Assembly: GCA_023435745.1 (NCBI GenBank)
Contig: JAEZMD010000018.1
Location: 472,265 to 536,264, forward strand
DNA: 64,000 nt
Source of the DNA: Bacillota bacterium
GTDB taxonomy: Bacteria; Bacillota; Clostridia; Acetivibrionales; DTU013
Direction: 5' to 3'
Shown: positions 18,970-27,310 of the stretch, one piece after another
Layout of the letters: each line of letters starts with the position of its first letter
Numbering within the stretch: position 1 is the first letter of the stretch
Notes under the pieces: generated by a model
Told to the model about the DNA's origin: nothing
The model's database searches: none
Seen by the model: only the letters and a program-made list of their open reading frames with translations
Position numbers and translations under genes: made by a program

Positions 18970-19938
18970 GAGTCCCTGTGCATGGAATAGGTTTGTCAGC
19001 TCGTCAAAAATGCCCGCGCAGGCAATCGTGTCCTTCATTGGCATGATATCGCTTTGCTTTTTATTATTTCGGTACAGTTCCGTAAAGTGTTTGATTTGAA
19101 AGATAAAGCCGTCTTCAAAATCCGTCTCAAAACGCTCAATAAGATGGTTATCATTGTCCAGCAGGTCACATTTTTTTGCGCCAAGAAAATCATAGACGAT
19201 AATGCGTCCAGTGGTACCGTAGATGCATGCGTCACGGTTCGTAACCGCCGTCACTCCGCAGCTCAGTGAGGCAAGTGCGCCGCTTTCGAAGCTCATGTTG
19301 AATGCGGCAAAATCATCAACGCCGGTCTCGCAAATAGATGCAAATCCCCGGACCTGACAGGGATTCTCACCCAGGATCCCTGTAGTGAACTCGATAGGAT
19401 AAACGCCTGCATCATAAAGGCTTCCGCCGGCCAATGCCGGGTTGTATAACCTGTTAGACGGGTCAAAGGGAACGTTAAAGCAGAATGAGGCATTTATCAG
19501 CTTAATCTGGCCTATTCTGCCTTCGCTTGTCCATTCCTTCGCTTTAATAAAAGCGGGCGTGAACCTCGACCACATGGCCTCCATTAATAGAAGATTCTTT
19601 TCTTCTGCCAGTGCGGAGAGCTCTTGGGCGTCCCGTTTATGCAGAACCATCGGCTTTTCACAAAGGACCCCTTTTCCATGGTTCAGGCAGAGCTTGATGA
19701 TATCATAGTGAAAATTGTGTGTCAGACCAATGTATACGACATCTACGTCCTTATCCTCTACCAGCTCCAGATAGCTCTTTGATGCCTTCGCAGCATTATG
19801 CTTTTTCGCGAACTCAACAGCCTTGGCCACGTCGGAGGAAGCTACTGCTGTTAATTCGACATCCTCGACTGTATTGAGCACGGCGGCAAAGCGGTTTGAA
19901 ATACGGCCTAAGCCAATTATGCCAAATCTTACATTCAT
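18904..19938 (-). CDS. Gfo/Idh/MocA family NAD(P)-dependent oxidoreductase
   Basis: N-terminal Rossmann motif MNVRFGIIGLGRISNRF and the central EKP motif (VLCEKPM). Start at ATG 19938 after AAGGAGA. The 3' end overlaps the convergent gene by 66 nt. Confidence 0.85.
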   Translation of the reverse strand: MNVRFGIIGLGRISNRFAAVLNTVEDVELTAVASSDVAKAVEFAKKHNAAKASKSYLELVEDKDVDVVYIGLTHNFHYDIIKLCLNHGKGVLCEKPMVLHKRDAQELSALAEEKNLLLMEAMWSRFTPAFIKAKEWTSEGRIGQIKLINASFCFNVPFDPSNRLYNPALAGGSLYDAGVYPIEFTTGILGENPCQVRGFASICETGVDDFAAFNMSFESGALASLSCGVTAVTNRDACIYGTTGRIIVYDFLGAKKCDLLDNDNHLIERFETDFEDGFIFQIKHFTELYRNNKKQSDIMPMKDTIACAGIFDELTNLFHAQGLLPPADADKTFQTRNDHSGCNI

Positions 19939-20013
19939 TATGGTCTCCTTATCATTGTAAATAATATAGACTATCATTGCATTGTTCGATGATGTATACA
20001 TTGGAGGAGGCTT

Positions 20014-20205
20014 TTATGATTTGTTTTTGTCCTTCTGATTAAGCCTTTTCGCTTGACCGACTGCTTCCTTGTATGATAACGGCTTTTCAAAATTCATGCC
20101 GCGTCCGTCAATAACCCATTCCGTGCTTTTCTGGTTCTTATCGGGACAGTGCTGATTGGTGCATTCGCCCTTTATGATTATAGAACCGCATTTACAAAAG
20201 TCCAT
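20014..20205 (-). CDS. small Cys-rich (C-x-C...C-x4-C) basic-tailed hypothetical protein
   Basis: 63-aa ORF MDFCKCGSIIIKGECTNQHCPDKN... with a zinc-ribbon-like Cys pattern, preceded by GAGGTG. Same strand as, and 75 nt upstream of, the oxidoreductase gene. Confidence 0.5.
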   Translation of the reverse strand: MDFCKCGSIIIKGECTNQHCPDKNQKSTEWVIDGRGMNFEKPLSYKEAVGQAKRLNQKDKNKS

Positions 20206-20353
20206 CTACGTCACCTCATTCCCTTACTTTAATTATAATCTATCCTACTCTAAAATAAAAGATGTGCGAACACTACATTTAGGATATAATATCTGCATGT
20301 GAGCCGAGGCGCAGATATTATATGCCTCCGGCTCAGATAAAAAGGAGAACACG

Positions 20354-21502
20354 ATGATTATGCTGTTTGCAGAACTTGAGCTGCACTCTTCACTTTTAGC
20401 GGCACTGGAAAAAGAGAATATAACAACGCCAACGGAGGTTCAAAGACGCGTCATCCCGGAAATGATGAAAAACAGGGATTTGATCGTACAGTCGCAGACC
20501 GGTACGGGAAAGACGCTGTCCTACCTGCTTCCGTTATTTAAAAAAATCAATTCCACGTCAAGGGAGATGCAGGCAATAGTGCTTGTACCGACACATGAAC
20601 TGGCAATACAGGTGCAGCGAGTGATAGAGCATTTGTCACAGAATTCTGATGTAAAGGTAAGCTCGACGCCGATCATCGGAAACGTGAATATAGACAGGCA
20701 GATAGAAAAGCTTAGAGAGAAGCCGCATATCATCGTGGGTTCGCCGGGCAGGATCCTGGAGCTGATCAAAAAAAAGAAAATAGCCGCCCACACGATCAGG
20801 ACGATCGTCCTTGACGAAGCAGACAGGCTGATGAATGATATGGAAAATGTCAGAGCCGTCATCAAAAGCACCATGCGTGACAGGCAGCTGCTGATGTTCT
20901 CCGCATCCATTCCGAAGGAAACGGAGGCCTGGGGAAGGGAAATGATGAAGGAACCCTCGGTGATCAGAGAAGATGCGAAATTGTCCGTACCGGATACTAT
21001 CGAGCATATTTATTTTCTGAGCGAACAGAGAGGAAAATTTGATGTGCTCAGAAAGATTATCCGGATATTGGATCCTCAAAAAGCAATCGTATTCACCGCA
21101 GGGATCGAGGAGGCGGTACTGGTCACTGAGAAGCTGAAGCACCACGGCTTCGCTGTGGAGGGAATCCATGGGACAAATCTGAAGCTGGAGCGTAAAAGAG
21201 CTTTGGAGGGCTTCAGAACCGGGAAGATCCGGCTGCTGACCGCGTCGGACATTGCATCCAGAGGACTGGATATAGATGGAGTCACGCATATATTCAGCAT
21301 GAATACGCCGCAGGAGCCGGAGGATTACCTGCACCGGGCGGGCAGAGCCGGAAGGAACGGAAAGCCGGGCGTCGCTGTTTCCATAGTGACGGACCATGAA
21401 CTCCACCGGATCAGACAGTATGAGAAAGCCCTCAAAATAAAGGTTTCCGGGAAGTATATGTATAAGGGAAAAATTCTTGATATAGGAATAAAACCGGAGT
21501 GA
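20354..21502 (+). CDS. DEAD-box ATP-dependent RNA helicase (core only, 382 aa)
   Basis: Motifs Q/I (QSQTGTGKT), Ia (PTHELA), II (VLDEADRL), III (FSAS) and VI (HRAGRAGR). AAGGAG lies 6 nt before the ATG. Confidence 0.93.
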   Translation: MIMLFAELELHSSLLAALEKENITTPTEVQRRVIPEMMKNRDLIVQSQTGTGKTLSYLLPLFKKINSTSREMQAIVLVPTHELAIQVQRVIEHLSQNSDVKVSSTPIIGNVNIDRQIEKLREKPHIIVGSPGRILELIKKKKIAAHTIRTIVLDEADRLMNDMENVRAVIKSTMRDRQLLMFSASIPKETEAWGREMMKEPSVIREDAKLSVPDTIEHIYFLSEQRGKFDVLRKIIRILDPQKAIVFTAGIEEAVLVTEKLKHHGFAVEGIHGTNLKLERKRALEGFRTGKIRLLTASDIASRGLDIDGVTHIFSMNTPQEPEDYLHRAGRAGRNGKPGVAVSIVTDHELHRIRQYEKALKIKVSGKYMYKGKILDIGIKPE

Positions 21503-21646
21503 TCGTCAAAGCATTATTTTGGAAATGTCTAGTCAAATGCGCGATTGTGGGATGTGTCGGAGTTGTTCACGAACTTGTTGCAGGTAAAAAGCATAACATA
21601 ATATCACAATGATTATTTATGATTCTCATGAATAGGGAGTGAAATT

Positions 21647-22561
21647 ATGTTATCAAGAGAGGAATATGTCCGACTATCACTGGAGCTGGATCTTTTTTTC
21701 GGGAGAATTTTCAAGGAGCATTCCTTTTTCCTGGAAGCCGGTTTTGTCTGCAAGGATTCGCATTTAGCACAGGAAGCAGAAAATTTCAAAAACCAGTACG
21801 AAATGTTTTTGGCTGAAGTAATTCCGCTTGCAAATGGAGTTGTAAGCCCGGCCTCAATCAGGTCGGGAGAGTTTGTGACTCCATATACGCAAAATGCAGA
21901 GCAGGCATCTCAATTCTATACGGGAATATCGCTCAATTCCGGCTTGACTCAGGCGGAGGCAGGGCTTATCGGAGGCGCAGGCTCAATGTACATGCCTTTA
22001 CTGGAGCAAAGGGTACACATGCTCAATCAGAAGGCAATAATGCTAACGAATGCTTTGATTCAGTTCAAGGCCAGGATCCTGAATGATGTACTTGCCTGCA
22101 AGCTCTTTACGGTCAACTATCCGTTGCTTATCGATCATATCATGCGGGAGGCCAGATTCTTTATCATGATGATTACCAGGATCCAGAACAGACAAAGTAT
22201 CGGTACTGCCGAAGATCTCCAGGAGCAGGAGGTGTTCTGGAACAGGATCATGGCGGAGCATTCGAAGTTCATCCGGGGATTGCTGGATCCCACAGAGAAT
22301 GATCTTATCAATCAGGCAAATGCTTTCGGCAATGAGTTTGATGAATTGACGAAGAAGTCTGCAGAGGCTGCCGAACAGACGGCGCTTCTTGCAGGGGTGA
22401 CCCAGGAAAGCCTGAAGGCCGTGAATGAACTGAGAGGCTTCAAAGCGGCAGGGACAAAGGGTATGCTCGAGTGCAAGGTAAAATCGATCATGGTACCGCT
22501 GCTTGGTGATCATGTGCTTCGAGAAGCCAACCACTTTATGAGAATACTTCAAAGGAATTAA
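21647..22561 (+). CDS. DUF2935 family protein (two helical-bundle repeats)
   Basis: Repeated motif pattern LDLFFGRIFKEHSFFLEAGF / VFWNRIMAEHSKFIRGLLDP, which I associate with DUF2935. Confidence 0.6.
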   Translation: MLSREEYVRLSLELDLFFGRIFKEHSFFLEAGFVCKDSHLAQEAENFKNQYEMFLAEVIPLANGVVSPASIRSGEFVTPYTQNAEQASQFYTGISLNSGLTQAEAGLIGGAGSMYMPLLEQRVHMLNQKAIMLTNALIQFKARILNDVLACKLFTVNYPLLIDHIMREARFFIMMITRIQNRQSIGTAEDLQEQEVFWNRIMAEHSKFIRGLLDPTENDLINQANAFGNEFDELTKKSAEAAEQTALLAGVTQESLKAVNELRGFKAAGTKGMLECKVKSIMVPLLGDHVLREANHFMRILQRN

Positions 22562-22632
22562 GACACCTCAAAGGAGTTAAGACACCTCAAAGGAATTAAG
22601 ACACCTCAAAGGAATTTAGAACTTCAAAAGGG
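22544..22632. repeat. 19-nt tandem repeat (about 4.5 copies) seeded by the 3' end and stop codon of the DUF2935 gene
   Basis: atacttcaaaggaattaa (CDS end, 22544-22561) | gacacctcaaaggagttaa | gacacctcaaaggaattaa | gacacctcaaaggaatttag | aacttcaaaaggg. It fills the whole convergent gap to feoB. Confidence 0.9.
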
Positions 22633-22638
22633 CGGCGC

Positions 22639-24816
22639 TCAGCCTATTCCCAAAAGCCGAGACAGCTGGGCTACAAGGAATGTAATTGTGATTCCAGCTA
22701 TTGTAGGGACGAGGAAGGAAGTGACAGTCCACTTCCAGCTCTGAGTCTCTTTTCTTATGGTCAGTAATGTGGTAGCGCAGGGATAATGCATCAGGCTCAG
22801 CAGCATCGTATTGACGCCGGTAAGCCAGGTCCAGCCGTTCGCGGCCAGAATAGCGCCCAATGCCGCGGGATTATCCATTTCAATAATGGTCCCTGTGGAC
22901 ATATAGCTCATAAGAATGATCGGCATGACAATCTCATTAGCAGGCAGGCCAAGAATAAAGGCCATCAATATATAACCGTCCAGACCAAGCAGTACTGCAA
23001 ACGGCTGAAGAAAGCCCGCTCCATGATCCAGAAGGCTGATACCGCTGATATGGACATTTGCCATCAACCAGATTATAAGACCGGCAGGGGCGGCAACTGA
23101 TGCTGCTCTACTAAGAACAAACAATGTCCGATCCAGCATGGACCTGACCAGAACCTTGCCTATTTGCGGTTTGCGGAAGGGAGGCAGCTCCAGAGTAAAG
23201 GAGGATGGAAGCCCTTTGAGTATGGTTTTGGAAAGAAGCTTTGATACAAAGAGCGTTGTGACGACGCCAAGGATAATGACACAGGTAATAACTACAGAGC
23301 CGATGAGTCCATCAAGCATCCCGGAAGCTGTGTCTGATCGCGCTCCCGGATCCGTTCCCGCTCCTGCACTTGCACCAGCTCCAGCACCCGCGATGAATAT
23401 GGAGGCGATTGTCAGCAAGGTGGGGAAGCGGCCATTGCAGGGCACAAAGTTATTTGTGATTATTGCGATCAACCGTTCCCTGGGAGAATCAATAATTCTG
23501 CAGCCCACTACTCCCGCCGCATTACAGCCGAAGCCCATGCACATGGTAAGAGCCTGCTTCCCATGAGCACATGCCCTCTTGAAAAAATTGTCAAGATTAA
23601 AGGCAACTCTTGGCAAGTATCCCAGATCCTCCAGCAGGGTAAACAGCGGAAAGAAAATCGCCATGGGAGGCAGCATGACTGAAACAACCCAGGCGAGGGT
23701 CTTATATACTCCGAGGACTAACGCGCCGTGAAGCCAGTCCGGCAGATTGTTTGCAATAAAGAAGCCAGTCAGCCTGTCTTGAATGCCCATGAGAAAATTC
23801 ATGATGATCCCGGATGGAATGTTGGCTCCCTGAAGTGTGATCCAGAAGATCACTGCCAGCATAAGGATCATTGCAGGTATCCCGAATCTTTTCGAGGTCA
23901 ATACATTGTCGATCTTTCTGTCCAGCTCATGATATTTTTTGTTCTCTAAAAAAACCACTTGACGGCTGATGTCATTGGCCAGCCTGATGATAGCTGACAC
24001 GATCCTGTCCCGGAGCGGGGATTGGTCTGATAAGTCGAGAAACGTCCCCATATTTTCAAGAAACGTCCCCCCATTCCCAAGGAATGTCTCAATGGAAGCC
24101 AGAATCGCTTTGTCTCCGTCCAGCAGCTTCAGGCTGACCCATCTTGCGTCCAGCTTCTGTCCTGTCTGCGAGCTGACTTTGTCATGCAGGATATCCAGCA
24201 TATTTTCAATATCGGAATCGTATCGGACCTTGACCGGATTTGTATTGATCTCACAGAGGGATACCTTATGGACGGCCTCCGTTAATTCGTTCAGACCTGC
24301 CCCGGAGCGGGCGCTGGTTCCGACCACGGGAACGCCCAGCAGCTCGCTTAGCCTCTTCAGATCGATAGTGATTTTTTTCCTCCGGGCTTCATCCATCAGA
24401 TTGACGCACACAACCACCCTGCCGGTCATCTCAAGGATCTGCAGGACCAGATTCAGGTTTCTTTCCAGACAGGTCGCGTCAACGACAACAATGGTTACAT
24501 GGGGATTACCAAAGCATATGAAATTCCTCGCAACCTCTTCCTCCGGCGAATTGGACAGCAAAGAGTATGTCCCCGGCAGGTCGACAAGGGTAAAGCACTT
24601 GTCACGGTATCTGAAATGTCCTTGCGCACAGGAAACTGTTTTTCCCGTCCAATTGCCCGTATGCTGGTTTAAGCCCGTAAGATAGTTGAAAACAGTGCTT
24701 TTACCTGTGTTTGGGTTGCCTGCCAGCGCCGTGATGAACTCCTCCGGCGAGCGGAGCCGTACATCCTGCATTTGTTTTAATGAGGCAGCACCGGTAGATT
24801 GAGCGGTTAAACCCAT
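22639..24816 (-). CDS. feoB: ferrous iron transporter FeoB
   Basis: N-terminal G domain (GNPNTGKST, DLPGTYSL, NLMD) followed by a polytopic permease. Directly downstream of feoA. Confidence 0.93.
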   Translation of the reverse strand: MGLTAQSTGAASLKQMQDVRLRSPEEFITALAGNPNTGKSTVFNYLTGLNQHTGNWTGKTVSCAQGHFRYRDKCFTLVDLPGTYSLLSNSPEEEVARNFICFGNPHVTIVVVDATCLERNLNLVLQILEMTGRVVVCVNLMDEARRKKITIDLKRLSELLGVPVVGTSARSGAGLNELTEAVHKVSLCEINTNPVKVRYDSDIENMLDILHDKVSSQTGQKLDARWVSLKLLDGDKAILASIETFLGNGGTFLENMGTFLDLSDQSPLRDRIVSAIIRLANDISRQVVFLENKKYHELDRKIDNVLTSKRFGIPAMILMLAVIFWITLQGANIPSGIIMNFLMGIQDRLTGFFIANNLPDWLHGALVLGVYKTLAWVVSVMLPPMAIFFPLFTLLEDLGYLPRVAFNLDNFFKRACAHGKQALTMCMGFGCNAAGVVGCRIIDSPRERLIAIITNNFVPCNGRFPTLLTIASIFIAGAGAGASAGAGTDPGARSDTASGMLDGLIGSVVITCVIILGVVTTLFVSKLLSKTILKGLPSSFTLELPPFRKPQIGKVLVRSMLDRTLFVLSRAASVAAPAGLIIWLMANVHISGISLLDHGAGFLQPFAVLLGLDGYILMAFILGLPANEIVMPIILMSYMSTGTIIEMDNPAALGAILAANGWTWLTGVNTMLLSLMHYPCATTLLTIRKETQSWKWTVTSFLVPTIAGITITFLVAQLSRLLGIG

Positions 24817-24845
24817 AGTGGTTCCTCCGGATGGATTTTATCACT

Positions 24846-25085
24846 TCATATTAACTCAACAAGGATTTGAGACGCTTCTTCGGAACGAAGGGCGATAACG
24901 GCTCCCCGGATTTCGTATGCTGTCGGGTCCCCCGACGGACTTTTCCTCATGGACTCGACATATGTATCTACCACTAAGCCCAGGTCCAGCATTCTTCTTC
25001 TCAAATTACCCGAAGCGGTCAATTCCTTTACCTTTGCGCTCCTGCCGCATGGAATCAGATGCAGCGGAATTAAATCGCGTTCCAT
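24846..25085 (-). CDS. feoA: FeoA family iron transport protein
   Basis: 79-aa SH3-like FeoA sequence (LIPCGRSAKVKEL...RRRMLDLGLV...GDPTAYEIRGAVIALR). RBS GGAGGA. Confidence 0.88.
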   Translation of the reverse strand: MERDLIPLHLIPCGRSAKVKELTASGNLRRRMLDLGLVVDTYVESMRKSPSGDPTAYEIRGAVIALRSEEASQILVELI

Positions 25086-25223
25086 AGCATAATCCTCCGT
25101 ATCCTCATAAAGTTAGCCCCGTGCAAAACTTTTATCTATGGATAATATATGTACAATAATAAAATTATGTTACATATAATGTTAGGGAATGAAGAAAACC
25201 GTAAAGCAGTGAAGGAGAAGGCG

Positions 25224-25715
25224 GTGTTATCTTTGGGAAGCAAGGGCTTTCACACGGTTCGGGGCTATGAGATACTGGATAAACAGAATGAAGCTTTGTC
25301 ACACAGCATGGAGGATTATCTCGAGATGATCTACAGGGCTATTGAAAAGGAAGGATATGTCCGTATCAATACGCTGGCTGAGGCATTAAATGTGAAGGCG
25401 CCTTCCGCTACAAGAATGGTGCAGAAGCTGGGTGTGCTGAACCTTCTGCGATATGAAAAATACGGCATTGTCAGATTGACATCAAAAGGAGAAAAGTTAG
25501 GCAGGTTTCTTCTTGAACGCCACAATACGATCGAGAAATTCTTGACAAATGTGGGCGTTGTAGAGAATTTGCTGATCAACGTGGAGCTGATAGAGCATAA
25601 CGTCACAAATGACGCACTTCACAGAATAGATCTGTTGAACCGTTTTTTCAATGATTTCCCTGACATCCCGGTTAAATTTCAACAATATAGACTGTTGAGC
25701 GAGAAAACTGAATGA
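25224..25715 (+). CDS. DtxR/MntR-family metal-dependent transcriptional regulator
   Basis: MEDYLEMIYR...VRINTLAEALNVKAPSATRMVQKL...RYEKYGIVRLTSKGEKLG...RHNTIEKFL. I place the start at GTG 25224 (AAGGAG 6 nt upstream). The track ATG 25149 has no RBS and lies upstream of a TATAAT at 25175-25180. Confidence 0.8.
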   Translation: MLSLGSKGFHTVRGYEILDKQNEALSHSMEDYLEMIYRAIEKEGYVRINTLAEALNVKAPSATRMVQKLGVLNLLRYEKYGIVRLTSKGEKLGRFLLERHNTIEKFLTNVGVVENLLINVELIEHNVTNDALHRIDLLNRFFNDFPDIPVKFQQYRLLSEKTE

Positions 25716-25747
25716 ACATAATATAGCAAATATTAAAATAAAGGATA

Positions 25748-25776
25748 TTGACCTTTCATAAGAAGTGTTGTAGAAT
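25748..25776 (+). promoter_or_regulatory. sigma-A-type promoter of the trkAH leader
   Basis: TTGACC (25748-25753), 17-nt spacer, TAGAAT (25771-25776), about 150 nt upstream of trkA. Confidence 0.6.
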
Positions 25777-25930
25777 TCCATTTATGATGAGGAGTTATAA
25801 ATCAGAATATTGTATCCGGTTCGCAGGCAGTCGGGTCGGTATAAACGCAACGAATGGTGGGGAGCTTATTACAAGGCCTCATCTTTTTTAATGTGTTAGA
25901 TATGCAACATGCCTGCATAGGGGAGAGAAT

Positions 25931-27310
25931 ATGAAAATTATTATCATCGGTGATGGTAAAGTGGGATACAGCCTGGCCGAAAGCCTATCGAAGGAAGACA
26001 ATGATGTGACAATCATTGATAAAAACCCCGAGGCTTTAAAAAAAGCCAGCGAGTATCTGGATGTCATGTGTATCAGAGGAAATGGTGTGAGCACAAAGAT
26101 CCTTATGGAAGCAGGGGTTAGCGAAGCGGATTTGCTCATTGCCGCTACCAGCAGTGACGAAATGAATATGGTATGTTGTCTGACGGGGAAAAAGCTGGGC
26201 GCGGAGCATACAATCGCAAGGATCAGGGATCCGGAGTACGCAAGTGAATTGTCCATTCTCAAGAGGGATCTGGGACTTGATATGGTCATTAATCCTGAGC
26301 AGGCCTGTGCGAACGAAATGTCGCGAGTGCTCAGTTATCCTGCCGCTGTAAATGTGGAGCCTTTTGCAAAGGGACGGGTGGAATTGGTGGAAATCAAGGT
26401 GACTGCCGGTATGTCCATCGTCGGAATGAAAATCAGGGATGTGATGAGCAAGATATCATCTTCTTTCCTGATTGGAGCCATACAACGAGATGATGAGGTC
26501 GTTATCCCCAACGGTGAATTTGAAATCCATGCAAACGACAGGATCTATGTGATCGGAAGACCCTACAATATTTTAGACTTCTGCGGGCACATCGGCATTT
26601 ATGTTCAAAAAATTAAAAATGTTATGATCGTTGGCGGAGGAAGAATCGCCTATTATCTGGCCAAGTACCTTGAAGAAGCAAAGGTTAAGGCAAAGATCAT
26701 AGAGATTGATCGGGACAGATGCGTTGAACTGGCCGAGCTGCTGCCAAACACACTTATCATAAACGGTGACGGTTCTGATGAAACCGTGTTGAATTCAGAA
26801 AATCTGGCAGATATGGATGCATTTGTTTCTTTGACCGGACGCGACGAGGAAAATCTCATGTCTGCCTTATTCGCGAAGCAATCCGGTGTCTATAAGGTTG
26901 TGGCGAAAATAAACAGGATAAATTATACGGGTGTGATCAGCAGCCTGGGTCTTGACAGTGTGATCAGCCCAAAGCAAATTGTAACCAACAGTATTGTCAG
27001 ATTTGTCAGAGGCCTGAGTAATGCAATGGGCAACCCTGTGGAGACATTATACAGGATTATTGGAGACAAAGCGGAAGCAATTGAATTTATTGCCGGCCAG
27101 TCAACAAAGTTTTTAAATACACCGCTAAAAAATCTCAAGCTGGTCAAAGGTGTGCTGGTTGCCGCAATCGTCAGAAAAAATGAGATTATTATTCCTCATG
27201 GAAAGGATATCATCAAGCAGGGGGATAGCGTAATCCTCATTGTAAAAGATAAACAGTTTTCGGATTTTAATGATATTATTGCACCCGGAGGCGTGACGAA
27301 TGAACTTTAG
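25931..27310 (+). CDS. trkA: Trk potassium uptake system, NAD-binding subunit TrkA
   Basis: Two RCK_N/RCK_C repeats (MKIIIIGDGKVGYSLA...; VMIVGGGRIAYYLA...). Confidence 0.92.
   Translation: MKIIIIGDGKVGYSLAESLSKEDNDVTIIDKNPEALKKASEYLDVMCIRGNGVSTKILMEAGVSEADLLIAATSSDEMNMVCCLTGKKLGAEHTIARIRDPEYASELSILKRDLGLDMVINPEQACANEMSRVLSYPAAVNVEPFAKGRVELVEIKVTAGMSIVGMKIRDVMSKISSSFLIGAIQRDDEVVIPNGEFEIHANDRIYVIGRPYNILDFCGHIGIYVQKIKNVMIVGGGRIAYYLAKYLEEAKVKAKIIEIDRDRCVELAELLPNTLIINGDGSDETVLNSENLADMDAFVSLTGRDEENLMSALFAKQSGVYKVVAKINRINYTGVISSLGLDSVISPKQIVTNSIVRFVRGLSNAMGNPVETLYRIIGDKAEAIEFIAGQSTKFLNTPLKNLKLVKGVLVAAIVRKNEIIIPHGKDIIKQGDSVILIVKDKQFSDFNDIIAPGGVTNEL

Noticed and set aside
23290-23410. Gly/Ala-rich insertion (GAGAGASAGAGTDPGARSD) inside FeoB, considered as a possible intein or foreign insert
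   Set aside because: It is short, low-complexity and in frame within a loop, with no intein splice motifs. It is probably a lineage-specific loop expansion.
25107-25135. Imperfect inverted repeat ataaagtt-N12-aacttttat in the feoA 5' region, considered as a DtxR/IdeR-type operator
   Set aside because: It has only loose resemblance to the TTAGGTTAGSCTAACCTAA-type box, and the arms are unequal. It cannot be supported without a motif model.
25783-25890. The trkA leader as a canonical c-di-AMP (ydaO/kimA) riboswitch
   Set aside because: Context and terminator architecture fit. However, the leader is only about 100 nt, and I could not find the conserved ydaO sequence blocks or its pseudo-two-fold layout. 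It is kept as an unclassified leader; a covariance-model scan is needed.
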